From NCBI GenBank assembly GCA_965203295.1, contig CBDBCZ010000015.1:704001-768000 (forward strand): a stretch of 64,000 bases of DNA, given 5' to 3'. The notes under the pieces are model-generated. The model was not told the origin of the DNA, did no database searches, and worked only from the letters and a program-made list of their open reading frames with translations. Below, one piece after another: positions 26,101-37,628 of the stretch. Made by a program: the position numbers and the translations under genes. This stretch comes from Nitrospirales bacterium. GTDB lineage: Bacteria; Nitrospirota; Nitrospiria; Nitrospirales; UBA8639. The first letter of the stretch is position 1, and each line of letters begins with the position of its first letter.

Positions 26101-29100
26101 CCGTAAAGATCCTGCTTTCGCGGCGTATAGCTACTAACTGGAAGCACACGACGAAACTGACGAGTCAGCACTTCCGCTGTACAGAGTTTGATTGCTTACT
26201 TTCTGCAGCTCAGCATAGTTACTATAATTTGTAGTTCTACAGCTGAAGTTAGCTTGGCCTAAGCCGAGTTGTGTACTGTACGGGAAAGGTTCCCAGATGG
26301 TTTTTAGTCATGAAATGTCAGATTAGTTTTACATATGCCTACAAATCATGTGAAGGTTAATAGATCTGCAGGAAGAACATGTGCATGATTTGTGTTAGTC
26401 TTGCTTGCAACACCACAGTCTTTTGCAATCAATATTAAAACATCCCCGAAATCACACGCAACTCCTGCAGATACATGTATGACACACTTCAAAATATAAC
26501 ATCATTTTGACTCCACAATCCTGCGGAGTGCAGAGCAGGGAATGAAGTTAGCTACAGCAGAAAGATCATAGTGCTTCATCATACCTTTTCGTCTTTGAGA
26601 TTAACAACAATTTCCAACAGCCTGTGCGACAACCTCGACAAGGTAGAAATGTAGCACTGAACATTTTGTGGAACCAAAGGCTTTAAGGCCATCAAACCGA
26701 ACCACTCTCTTCTCACAGTTTCAAGCCACTCCTTCTGTATATGAAAAATAATTTGCATCAAACTTTGCCACTGTAACTTCAAAATGGCACGAGAGAGGTA
26801 CATGTAGGCAGTTCCTTAACACAGTAACAGACGCATGCAAAGTTAAAGTTGTGAGTACATTTATTATATACTGCGAAGATAGAGTGTTCATAGTTTAATT
26901 TCCATATCCCAGACGGGTAATATTCTCCTGTACTGCCTACCCGTTTTTGCGTGGCTGGTCGTCATAGTTTCTGAAGAGAACTCAATAATGAAAGCTACCA
27001 GGCTGGTGAAAGAACGCTTCTGTCATATATAGAGCCCTCAAAGTAATCAAGAAATGCAAGGGTATGTCAGGGTATGTCAAAGTGTTAGTCATGACACCTT
27101 CACCAGCCAATGTATGTGATTACTAGGTGCACATACACATGTAGAATGCATGGAGCCTCGTAGTAGCGAGAAACGAGGTCTCTGAGCTGATCGAGGGTGA
27201 AACAGGACGGATTGCGTAACAATTCTTTCGTGAGAAAGCCAGTCATAACAATAACAGTACAGCCAGTCACTCGTGAAAAATGCATTCACGTCACCGCGAG
27301 CCAGTAACCAAAAATAGCTACAATGCAACTGTTGCTGTGACTGCTCTTACAAGGTATGTGCAATACAAATCAGTCACAAATGGTACAGAGAAGCGGAGAG
27401 ACTGGCTGTTCTACTGACGTTCCAGCATCACCTCGATCATGCCGTCCATCTCCAGCTTTCGCATCTGTAGTTATACACAAGCTACACATACCTGGGAGTT
27501 GTAGTAAGCCTCTCTTGATGAAAGTAGACGGCATCCGTCTAACTACTAGTGATGCCATTTCGAGCTGTATATCCCATGACAAGGTCCCGGGGGTAATAGT
27601 GTGACACACATATAAATGGGCTGTCTGTACATCATGATTATTTGTCTCACTACTGCTCAGCAATTATGCTGTAAAGTAGCTCTCCAAGGCAAGTTACCCT
27701 AGCCTTCAATTGCAAGTCTTTTGCCTTTATGTTGATTGTTAGAGAGCTACTTAGTCGTGAAACAGTCACCCTTTATGACAGACGGCATAGCCTTGCTTGA
27801 CTGTATATAGAATTATTGCATGGGGAGCTGTAAGTTGCAACAGAAGAAAATATTGCTTGGAAGGGTATTACAAATCTATCAGCGCACTTATGAGAGGGTA
27901 ACACGGATACAGACATTGCACTTTAATTGTATTTTTCCTCACCTTGTTGCTCAGGGAACAAAGGTGAGGAAAATACACACTAGAGCAATACCTAGCCATA
28001 TCACATGAACTGTAATTTCTGCGATCAGATGCCGTTGCCATCCTTGAATTGTAGCCAAACATCCAGAAGTGCTAAACGACATAGTGGTCAGTCACTGGTC
28101 ACCCTCAATTAGTAGCCACAGCTAAAATTCAAGTACTGCAAGAATAGGCGACAAGATATCCTAACTACAGCTAGAATAAAGACGTAGTATTTATATATGA
28201 AGGCTTTGCTAGCTAACAGTTACCTAGCTAAGGTCTGCAAAGGGAACAGAGCCAGCTCGCAAAATGAAGTCTGGTCCGTGAGATTATTTCAAAAACAGCT
28301 GACTATGTGATGTAATAGCTTCTCGATAGTGTTGAGGCAGAAACGATGATTGAACAAACAGATTGCAACTGCCGTTGTGCATTGCAAACTGCTCTAACTA
28401 ACAAACGCCACCCTTAATTAGCAGCTGCCCTCAAAATTGTGGCCACAGAAATTTGATGAAATAATTAGTAGCTGCGGTATCTGATCACGGAAATATGGTA
28501 CATAATAAATTAATAATTGTATCTATGAAAGAGCAAATAACGGATTGTTATATCAGTTCAGTAATGGTTTCTCAAGCTCCAAAACAGCTAGCATATATTT
28601 ATTAAGTAATAATTGTTGCTGCAGTGGAGCTTGAAAAATCTCCAGTCAGAAGATAACACTGTTTTAACTTTATACTGTCAATACTTGCTCATTTGCCATG
28701 ATAAATGCAACTCAGATGTGATACATGTACATGTACATCCTGAGAAACTGTAATCATTTCACCAATGTGATGGCTAGCACTATTGCACGGTACAAGCAAT
28801 CCCAAATTGCATTCAATCCCATACCCAATACACTCACAGATTGCGAACTTTCTAGAGATCCATCACTGCAAAGAGCATCTGACAAAAGTGAGCATGGAAG
28901 TAGCATCTCAGGAGGCACCCTAGAAAAACAGAAATTATTGGATTTGAAGCATCAGTGTTGGACTTATCCACATAAACTGATAGCTCACAGTCGTTTAGCT
29001 AGGATGCAATGAAGCTATGAAACATTCAGTTGCCACTTACATAATCAGAATGCAAGTGTGTTCCTACACATGTAAGTATATATTTACAATCTACTGCTCT

Positions 29101-32100
29101 AGCAAATCTTCACAGAGTGGTGGAGGCTAGCGAATCTTTTATTCATTCTAGAATGAAAATCCTGAACTCCATTGTAACCAATATTCCTGACACTATGAAG
29201 CTTTGCAAAAATTGAGTATGGGTGAGGGGTTTGTGAGCATATACCATTGAAAGAAAGTGATGCTCAGTGGTTGTTGTTACACCAGCTAAGTAATTCAGTG
29301 ACAACTCTATATTAATGAGATAACACACTTTGAATGCTATAGCACATACACAATAATTAGTAACAACCAACTTGATAGTTTAAGGCGTCAACCAACTAAG
29401 CTTGAATTTTTACATACATAATTGAATTTTTACATACATAATTGAAACTTACTGGGTTTTAATATTGAAACTTACTGGGTTTTAATATTTTCCCTGACTG
29501 GAACAAGTGGCAGGGATGTGATAGCACTGAGGGTAGAACTGCGTCTGCGTACAACTGCAGAAACGTCCTGCAATTTAGTTAACTCTTTCTCAAGTTTGCT
29601 AATCCTCTGTTTCAAAAGTTCATTTTCCTTTCCCATACTAGAAAGGGTTCTCAACCTAGTGCCCCCATCAAGGAAAGGCATTCCATCTTGTACAGCAAGT
29701 GCAATATCAGGCATAGGCGGGGGTGATACAGGTTCATCGCGATCTAGTATTCCACCAAGACTACGTACCTGGTCCTGAAGTTTAAGCACTTGCTTCTGGA
29801 GAGAAGTATTATGCTCATTAAAAATTGAAAGAAGCTGTGACTGTGTTTCTAACTTCACTTGCACCTCCTCTTGCATATCAGCTCGGACTTGACGCCTCAG
29901 CGAATTTACTTCTGCTTCCACTTCTTTTAATTCTTGTTTTAATTGAGAATTTTCTAGTTCATTGTTCTCTTTTGACATTAACTCAGTCAACAACTGATGT
30001 TTATCACCATCTAACCCTTCAATCTTTTGCTCTAATGCCTCAATTTCAAGTCTCTGTTTGTCATTCCATTGACTAAGCACAGAGACTTGCTGATCCAGTC
30101 GTAAGTTTTCTTCTTGTAAGAATCTGTTGGCTTCATTAGAAAAGCTTGGCATTTCTGCTAGTGCCTCTTGCATCATAGTGTACAAAGCTTTATTGTCATG
30201 CTTCAGCTGGGAAGAGTCTAGCAGCATTTTCTCCAGCCTCTGCATTTTAAGCTTCAGAACTTCATGTTCCATCTCTCTTGTTTCAGCTTCATCGAGTTGA
30301 CGCCTTAAACTATCAATCATAGCTTTGCATCCTTCCAGCTCACCAGAAAGTGACATGTAACTCATTCTCTGTTCTTCTTGACTGGACACTTGGTTCTTTT
30401 GTATTTGCTGTTCAGCAGTTTCTTTCACTTTGTGAAATTCCAACAGTAGTTGGGCATGCTCCTTCTGTAATTCACTTAACCTGCACTCTAGGACTTGAAC
30501 CTTTCCCTGGGACTCTTTCAGTAGCTGTTGTGTCTGGATGTCCTTTAGACTGGTTCCTTGTACAGCAAAGTCTGCCTTCATTCCAACTGGTTCTGATTGC
30601 TGCATTGTGTCGGGCTGTTCTGCAAGTTCAGTTGCTAATTTTTCACCATGTTTTACTGCTTTTTCAAGTTCTGATTGAACACGGGTCAGCTCTTCTTGCA
30701 GTTCAGCCATCTCCTGGTGAAGGTGTACATTTGCTTCACTTTCACTTTGTAAGAGTTGGTTCTTCTCTTCAACATCATGTAAGAGTTGCTCAGACTTTTC
30801 CTTGAGGTGCTTCAGCTCTGACTGAAGTGTTTGATATTCTTTCTCCATCACACTCTTGACCACAGAAATTTCATCCTCTTTCTGTTGAAGTGCCCCATGT
30901 AATGTATCGGTCTCAATCTTCATTTTCCTGAGTTCTTCCTCAGCTACCCCTAGATCCGTCTGCAGAAGTTGAACTTGTTTACTTTCAGTATCAGTTGATA
31001 TCTTCAACAGCAAATCCTTTTGTTCTAGTGCTTGGTGGAGCTGCTGAACTTGATTTGAGAGCTCTGCCTTCTCTTTCTGTAATCTCATGAGGTCTAATTG
31101 CAATTTTGTTTCTACTTGTAATTGCAATTCGGTATCTTCCTTCAGTCTATCTCTTTCACTACAGGCTTTCAGGTGCAAGGCTTTGAGATTTAAAAGATCA
31201 GTTTCACCATTCTCACTTGCAGTCTTTAGACAATCTCTCTCAGCTGTAACAGCAGACAGCTTAGTAGCAAGTGCGGAAACTTCTGTTTTTTCTGCCTTCC
31301 ATTTCAGCAACAACTCATCGAACTTCTTCTGTAAAGGTATCTGCTCATCAGAGACTGAACTAGAGCCAATCCCAGAGGTCGAGGATAGGGCCACTGGTGT
31401 GCACTCTGCCTCCCTGACCTCCAACTGAGCCTTTGCTAAGGAACACTGCTTTCTGAAAATTTCTGTTTCTGCTTGTGCCTTTTCCAATTGCTCATGAAGT
31501 ATTGCACACTGCCCTTGATAATCCTTCAGCAGCTGCACTGAGCTTGCAAGCTCCTTTGCAAGCGAACGGAGTTTATCTCGGCTTCCTTTGAGTTTCTTAT
31601 CCACCTTATGCTTTTCTTCTTTCAAAATCTTGAAGTCCCCTGCTAAAGTGCTGTGGTCTTGCAGTTTCTCTTCCATTTGCCTGCAAGCTTGCTGCATCTG
31701 ACGACAGTGTTGATACTCACTTTTCAATTGAGCTAGTTGCGATCTGAGATCCTCATTTTCAACTGCCAGAGCTGAGTGACTAGTACTGGTATTCACAGCA
31801 GTGTCAAATCGACTCTCAAGTGTGGCTATCTTTTCTCGAGCCATTTTAAGTTTACATTGTGCATCTTCCAACTCTTTGTCCAAATCTGATGTACTTCTTT
31901 CTTCAAGTTTTCTATTGAGTTCATCTACTCTCTTTTCAACCTCTTCTCGGTCAGCAAGTAGAATCTGCACTAAATTTCGGGACTGCTCACTGTGCACTTT
32001 CAGCTGCTGCAGTTTAAGCATTTGCACCCGAACTTCAGATAGGGCACCTGGCATATCTAGATCATCAACATCAGAAGACGCCATGTCTAGCTCTGGTGAG

Positions 32101-33332
32101 AGTGAACCCATTCGGAGTTCATGTTTAGGATCAGAATGAAGCTGCATTTCTTGCATTGCAAGTACTTGTTTTTCAAGCTCATACTTGTGTGTTTGGACAT
32201 TCAGTGCTTCAATGTCAAAAAGTTTCAAAATTAGCTGCTCCTTCTGTTGTTTAGTTTCCATTCTCATCTGCTCCATTTTGCTTTGTAGTTGTCTACTGGA
32301 CTTTTGCAGTACAGCAACTTGTCTAGTTAGGTGCTCGACATCAATGTCTTGGCAATAGCTAGGATTAAACTTCATCTCCAGAATCTCATCATGCAATGCT
32401 CTCTTTTCCATTACCAGCTGCTTGATTTGTTCCTGCAGAGGAGCCACTTGAGTTCGTGTCACTTCATATGTTTTCATTCGCTTCTTCAAGCCATCGCAGG
32501 CAGCAGACACAGTTACCAATTGGTGCTCAACCACCTTAATGTCATCCACTAGCTTCTGATTGGTTTCTGTTAATTGACGGTTTTGTTCCAATACATCTGT
32601 GAAGTGAGTAGGTTCAACTCCCTCAGGCAATTGAACTGAAAACTGCTTCAACAGGTCTGAATGTTGCTGTTTGAGCTTTCTGTTTTCTTCCAAAAGAGTG
32701 CTCACTTGAGATTTCATGGCTGGAATACTATTAATTTGTTCCTGAAGTTGCTTTAGCTGAGCTAAACTTGCAACAAGTGCATTCCTCATTGCCAGGATTT
32801 CTTGGGTACCACCCTTTTCAGCTTGCACAAGTGTTGCTAATTGACCATTTTGCTCATGTAGGATGGAAACCCTTTGTTTCAGTGATTGTACCACTTCTTG
32901 TTGGTCTAGTAATTCATACGACAAATTTCCTCTCTGTTTCTCCAATTCCTCTAATTTAGTGTTGAGGCTGGGAATGTGTGTGACTTGTTCTTCGAGGTGT
33001 TTTATTCGTGCTGAAGTGGAGATAATTTCTTTTCTCAGCTCTTCTAAAATTCTGTGCTCTGGAGTAGATGAGGTAACCAAACCAGAGATACTAGATGCAG
33101 CATCAAGAAGAGAACTTCGGCTACTTCTGCTACTCTCTACAGGAGAGATGGGCACAGGGGAAACGGCATCAAATTGAGGTTCTGAAGAAATATCCGGATG
33201 ATCCGAAGGATGCAGTGGAGATGTCCACTGCTTTCCATCTATAGTTGCTGGTTTTGTTGCATCACTAGATTCAGTTTCTGCAGAATGAAGCATTTCACCT
33301 ACTAGTACAACTTTTCTGTTTTGTTGTGACAT
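17178..33332 (-). CDS. KANK: KANK-family coiled-coil and ankyrin-repeat protein, about 1535 aa, 8 coding exons
   Basis: Exons 33332-29476, 28919-28838 (VPPEMLLPCSLL...), 26734-26585 (ETVRREWF...IVVNLKDEK), 25500-25402 (GNTALHYAV...), 24544-24431 (AGYTPLMLTA...), 19129-19031 (QTPLMLASS...), 17739-17641 (DGSTALMFAC...) and 17285-17178 (DGCTAFDIA...EFN*). All are GT-AG and phase-consistent. The ankyrin order and the motif MRNALVASLAQLKQLQEQINSIP match KANK. The last exon could instead splice at 17198. Confidence 0.88.
18831..18937. repeat. Palindromic (foldback) end of an interspersed element
   Basis: AGTTAGTGCACCC...ATTATTGACC / GGTCAATAAT...GGGTGCACTAACT inverted arms. Confidence 0.7.
19444..23802 (+). 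mobile_element. Near full-length non-LTR retrotransposon (APE-RT LINE; clade not resolved among L2/CR1/RTEX-like groups), antisense in a KANK intron
   Basis: Long intact ORF, short 3' UTR and (TAA)n tail at 23785-23802. Candidate TSD ATAATATAG at 19435-19443 and 23799-23807; an alternative is ATATAGGC at 19281-19288. Confidence 0.9.
19735..23724 (+). CDS. LINE polyprotein: ORF1-like region fused in frame to apurinic-type endonuclease and reverse transcriptase
   Basis: 1329-aa ORF. ORF1 hallmarks ERRSNVILFGVSE and RPRPILVKL...DLSPEER. APE motifs SFNCKG, QEHWL, AGDWN, WLDH, LSDH. RT motifs NYRGIAL, QFGFK, DASKAFD, GVRQGGVLSP and YADN (expected YADD). The true start is probably a downstream ATG. 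Confidence 0.92.
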   Translation: MTSPGLRLSVSCFCDFVQSYATYWQLMMINNGVLAYIKAFRQRADSESIRSQVLGKYIASVIRSAKICLWENCNDDLIRLKLEMKVRRSSSSRPQELADLDDVLEAFDVLDSDNCLPEIICSADDLLQMPQLLPLRSAERVAEEMRSLHNEVSSRLDAIDKRLQQFPSDSSAVGKSRASTNVGASTGVGAVASAVGSSQKFSADPLERRSNVILFGVSEDKDFAVVSDVLKAAAGAPVPIKDMFRLGKKPQQSQLSGLQSDLATADESPSSGGSSPAFRSARPRPILVKLSCPWDRRVILAGKTKLLTIESMKTYFLQPDLSPEERQKRRAEYLARKDQRNGYLLEMSDASSARVEELSFVSFNCKGFSNGLSFLPVLLDSFDVVLVQEHWLSVPELHRLSFDGFISFAISGFDNSVILRGRPFGGCAILYRQSLVSSFKQVATSSNRFCAVKIVLENRCCLIINVYLPTDYRSTAATDQLVDTLGELCGFISTVPHDFLIIAGDWNTDFSRSCSFTDTVLSFLHDLDLSLVDLSYSDDVQFTYLGHDGSKSWLDHVAVSTPLRSVVSSVHTLLDGRNLSDHNPLAFSLNLSVVTVDCPPAAFELNACAWSKATPENICQYQSAVLQSLDKLSSCLVDEVVFCCNPSCTVHRQLLEEVSDKLVKCLQQAAKSSIPPRGPGRRRKVAGWSEFVKPELAASQWWYKLWLEAGSPSAGVLFQLKKRAHRRYKYAVRRVRRRAEHIKCDRLAEAMLNDPNRGFWSEACRFFSKRSVSSAPVVDGVSGVDDIARLWGDRFKELYNTADDSISSELLLSLDSSTTLADIEQISVSFQTVQEAIGKLKRGKSDGGPLVSDHIVEAPVPICHFLARLFTSVLRHGFMPAAFRDATIQPIPKGSKDPSVSSNYRGIALASSLSKVLEWSILLSWSQFFTTSDLQFGFKSGFSTTLCTGVLKAVINRYLNGGSKVYACLIDASKAFDLVDHGILFNKLLDRNMPKPLVRFLLRWYKTQHLRIRWQGKSSGCFQVSNGVRQGGVLSPILFTIYVDSLLESLRACGRGCYWEDHFSGVLCYADNLTILAPCPGALRKMLTHCEEFTESHGIRFNASKTQLICFRRTSQPDRSCFWFCGQFLPVVDSVLHLGNTLHFDLSDKLDVQRKLMAFIRQANSVLYCFRATDPLTKMRLFHAYCLSLYGCSLWRLNCPALRSLGVAFNQVIRRIWHLPRNCHTAIVHSVGLISSIFNIVFARFSKFFSSAVLHSSPLVRSVFVVSSQSCNSNFIGYNVLFGSRHCKSYSSHDVAMGQLIREIRSTHHHIPNFDPPELNAIILSVCTS
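29402..29486. repeat. Two adjacent short tandem duplications (20 bp x2, 23 bp x2); the second duplicates the KANK splice donor
   Basis: TTGAATTTTTACATACATAA at 29402 and 29422; ATTGAAACTTACTGGGTTTTAAT at 29441 and 29464. Confidence 0.9.
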
Positions 33333-35109
33333 GGTGCTGATTGGTCACTTATGACAAGTTAAAACAACGGCTGTACCTGCAAAAGAAAAACACATAAGAC
33401 ATTGCTGTCAGTGGAAGTACTGCAACAATCATTCATAGGTTAACAGGTAGCGCTTTACATGTGGCAGTCCTGTGCAGAAATTGGCCATTGTGTATTTTGA
33501 AGGCATCACTGCATTCACAGTGCTGTATTTCTGAACATCTGCTGATGGCAGGGCTGAAACACAATGTGTACTTGTGTCGATGGTTGCTACATATACACAG
33601 CGCGTTTGAGCCTCACCCTTAACAGAAGTTAGAGATTTGGCACTGTGAATGCACTGATTATGCTTATGCATACAATGACTAGATGTATATACCAAAAGCA
33701 TGGAGAGTACACTACTTCACAAATGGAATACGTTTTATAACACAAGTACACTCTGTAATTGGAGGCGCCTCTACATTAGGAGTCCATTAAATTTCGATCC
33801 AGTATGCCAATGCGTACTCGGACTCTTCAGAAAAACATGGCCATATTTGTGTTGGTGACAAGACTCCTAAAAACCTTACTAGCAACTGTATATATAGTGC
33901 TATCGCTATTACAATGAATCTTGTAGCAGTGGTGGGTATTTTTCCTAAGAAAATGGCAGTGTTATCAAGTGAAGTTTGTACAGTCTAGGTCCTGGGCTTT
34001 ACAGAGTAGAGGGGTATCCACAGTTCAGAGGTTTTAATTACAATATACAGTGTAACAACCTGGACTTAGTAAGTGTTACAGAGCAGCACAGGGGAGTTCA
34101 GGGTTCCACCACAGGGGCTGTATAATCGGCTCTTGTCAGAGAAGCTTGGGTAACTAGGACCCTCCATGATATATACACAATCCAGGTTAGTCAAAATGCA
34201 GAATAGCAAGCTTGCCTGTATGAGTGGAATCTGCAACCAGATAATTACGTCTACACTGCATCACTATGGAGTTACCTCGTGTCTGCGTAACGGATGTGAC
34301 GTCCGTTAATAAAGTGCGATTGCACGAGAATACGCGAGAAGACTGTGATGTCATCGTATGAGTACTGAGCTAACTAGTACTTTGACCGCTGCATGTGTTG
34401 GGACGACTTCGACCACTGCATGCGTTGGGATATTCTGACAGCCGACAGTATTATCATGATGGCCTCAAATGAGCACTTCAAGCACACTCTATTGCACAAA
34501 GGTTAGTGGCAGTATACTCCCGTAAGTTCAAGCCATGCACAGCTGTAAATGCTATGCTAGACAAACTACGACAATGTGCATTAAATAGAGTCAGTTCTAT
34601 CTATGTTGTGAACTATGGCCTCAAGCATCCAAGCAGTGCTCACATCAGTAAAGAAGGCCAAGCGCCAGATCAGTGTGAAAACTTTTAAGCGGTGGTAAGG
34701 ACAGTACAATTAGGAACACCAGAGTTTAAGCTGGTTACGGTGTGACTTGAATCTGTGCAAAAAAAAATGAAAACTCTCATATCTGTACGTCTTATGGTGT
34801 AAAGTGTGCCAAAGGTACAAAGCTAGGGTACAAAAAAAATCTCATATCTGTACGTCTTATGGTGTGAAGTGTGCCAAAATCACAAAGCTAGGGTACGGGG
34901 ACACAAGAGTTTTTCTATGGCATGGATAGAAAGTATGGCCAACCAGAGAGCCCTCAACCATGCGAGCAGTGGTTAGCACAAAGCTGCCATGTCCCACTAC
35001 AAGACTGATCAAGTGAAGGCTCACAAGGAACCAATAAGTGTGTATGCCCCTACTGCTACCTTCTCTCATTTCATTGCCAACATGTATTACTGGCCAACAC
35101 ACACTTTGT

Positions 35110-36500
35110 TAGTGTCCTCATGGACGGAACAACAGACTTGGGAAAGGTAGAGGAACTGGTTGTTGCTTTCTATTGTAAGAAGGACGATGTTTCTAAGTCT
35201 TGTGCCAGGTACTTGTCAGTCGTGACTCCCAACAAAGCTGATGCGAATGGACTAGTGAACTGCCTTGGTGAAGATTGGAGATTGAAGATGTCTTGGATAG
35301 AGATGGTGTTCTTGCATGGGACAAGCCTATTTTATAGGAGGAGGAACTGATGGAGCATCAGTGATGACAGGTAAAATGGAGCATGTTCTCCCATGGGTGT
35401 TCTGGGCATGGTGCTGTGCTCACTGTCTGGAGTTGGCATCCAAGAATGGTCTCATAAGTAAGCCCTTCAAAGACCTGGAAGAGTGCTCCTCTGATTGTAC
35501 TATCTGTAAAAAAAAAAGTCTCCTAAAAAGATATGCGAGTTGGCATCAATTGTTGAAGTGCTGAAGGAGGTATTTGAGGCTGCATGGCAATATTCTGATC
35601 CGTTCGCAAGGATCAAGGTGGATAAAACATACGAAAAAGCACTATAGAGGGTGGTTGATCAATTCAGAGCCTACACTGCTGATCTGACAATGCTGGTTGA
35701 GGATACTTCACTCAGGAGTGAAAATAAAGCTGACTTAGATCTTCAAAAGTGGTTGCATACAAAGTTCTGGCTGGTTAAGCAATGTTTGTGCAGGTCATAA
35801 AGTCCCCTTCATTCCCTAGCTTGTCTCTGCAAGGAGCTGATTTGATGTTGCTTTTGGTATCAAGCAAATTTTGAAAACCACTAGTACTTTGGCATCCCTA
35901 ATGACGAAGACCCTTTTCAGTGGCCTACTGTCAGGGCCATGCTAGACAGGGTGAAGGATGAAACCACCTGTGAGATGTACCAAGGCACTACATTGAAGGG
36001 GTACAATTCTACAACATTGGAGTACTGCAAGAAGGATGCTCTCATTGTTCTTCAGAGGCTACATGATAAGATGTGGACGCAGCTTCAATAGACAGATGTT
36101 AGACTGCTGAGACCTCTGCTTGTGTTTCTTGAGTCTCAAAGCTGAATGAAAAGATCTGTGGAAGAGGATGATGTTGGTCCAGACCCATCCCTGATCGAGG
36201 TGAAGAGTGCAATTGAATGCATTGCTTTGCTCTTCAGAGATCCACTTGAGGCCAGAGGGGCAAACCAACCGGTTCTCCAGGACAAGACAGAAGATGCTGC
36301 TGACTATGCCAGGAGGTACATGTACATGTACCTTGGACATGAAAGTACCAACTACAGAAAGGTATAACCTGGATGTTTGTCTCGGTTTTACTCATTGGCC
36401 TATACAATGTCTTGCTTCACTGTGGATTAGCCTTCAGCCTAGTTTCTTCAAATGGTAGAGTAGTCTAAGAGCAGATTTTTTCCTCTTTGAAATTGTTTTA
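35110..36500 (+). mobile_element. hAT-superfamily (ZNF862-like) transposase pseudogene
   Basis: Fragments MDGTTDLGKVEE, GGGTDGASVM, WCCAHCLELA (CxxH motif) and QGSRWI, with many stops and frameshifts. Confidence 0.75.
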
Positions 36501-37534
36501 CCTCACTGGAGGTGGTCTACAATCACTAGACCTACACTGCAATCTAATGAATATGCCTGACGTCACGTCACGTAAACTACCTTCATCACTTTAGCAAAGC
36601 TTCGGCCAAGTTCCACTGATAATCAAACTGGCAGTGGTGGGGTTTAGGTAGAGGAGGGTACGTATTGCGAAACAGCACCAACTTAGGTTGAGACAAATCT
36701 TCTTTAGACTCGAACAGATACTAGACATGACCAACAGCTAATGTACATGCACCAAGGAACCCCCCCAATCTCCTGTCTGTTCAGGCAACAATGACTGCTT
36801 TTGTGCAACTGCACATACCGCAGATCGGGAAATTTGCGCATGTATTTTTTCAAAGTGATCCACAATACTCCCCTCTAACATACGTGCAACTGCAAAGCTG
36901 TATAGGCATTTCCCCAGACTTTCTTTTCTACTCGAGAGTGTGGCCACGTGACACTAGGCAGGTTTAATACGGAGTACACTCCCCTAACCAGAACAGACAC
37001 TGTTGGAACTAGAAGTCTCTAGCAGAGACATATCCCACGCTACAAATGGGACCGTTGGACTCCAGACTTACCTGGCCTAGTGGAGCAGCTGCAGAGACGT
37101 AGTTAATGACATGAACGCTTTTCTACATATACTGCAGTATAAATCCCGCGTCAGGAGACTGCACATGCCCGGCCTCTGTCGTATTGAGTTCGCGACCTTA
37201 GTAAAGTGGAGGATCATACCGATGTTGAATAAGAAAACGCTGGACATGCAGAGACTAGAAGAGTAAATGTGGTTTACTATATTCAACTAAAAATGGAGGT
37301 CTAGCTCTCCTTTTATAAGCCACAATGTGTTTTTCAAGCAGGTGAACATGCAAGGCTGGAAATTCCTGTGGTTTAGCCTAATTTAATTGAGGTTCTCACA
37401 CACCTGGGTAAATGTATACTTTGGTCACTGTCAGGTACATACACATCAATTTTTGGGGGATTTGAATCGTTACCTCCTGCTTTGAAGTTATAGCCTCTAT
37501 ATTGCGTGTTGCGAAGTTTTTTCTAAATTTTTAA

Positions 37535-37628
37535 TGACAGACAACGACGACGACAACGACCACAATAACAGACGGACAAAAGCAATTGCTTAACCCCGCT
37601 TGCGCATATGTACGCGCGCAGGGTAAAA
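37535..37628. repeat. Microsatellite plus terminal hairpin, resembling the end of a DINE-1/Helentron-type non-autonomous element
   Basis: (GAC/ACAG)n-like tract followed by the TAACCCCGCTTGCGCAT...GCGCGCAGGGTAA stem-loop. Confidence 0.4.

Noticed and set aside
20016..33177. Many short ORFs overlapping the LINE ORF and the giant KANK exon
   Set aside because: Shadow frames of long coding sequence with no independent motifs.
29472..33332. Stand-alone intronless 1286-aa myosin/golgin-like gene
   Set aside because: The stop overlaps a perfect GTAAGT donor, and phase-matched KANK exons follow.
37072..37290. Upstream KANK exon ending at a minus-strand CAG|GTAAGT donor, possibly encoding the KN motif
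   Set aside because: No KN-like peptide in the frames read, and stops precede the donor. It may be a non-coding first exon but cannot be supported from sequence alone.
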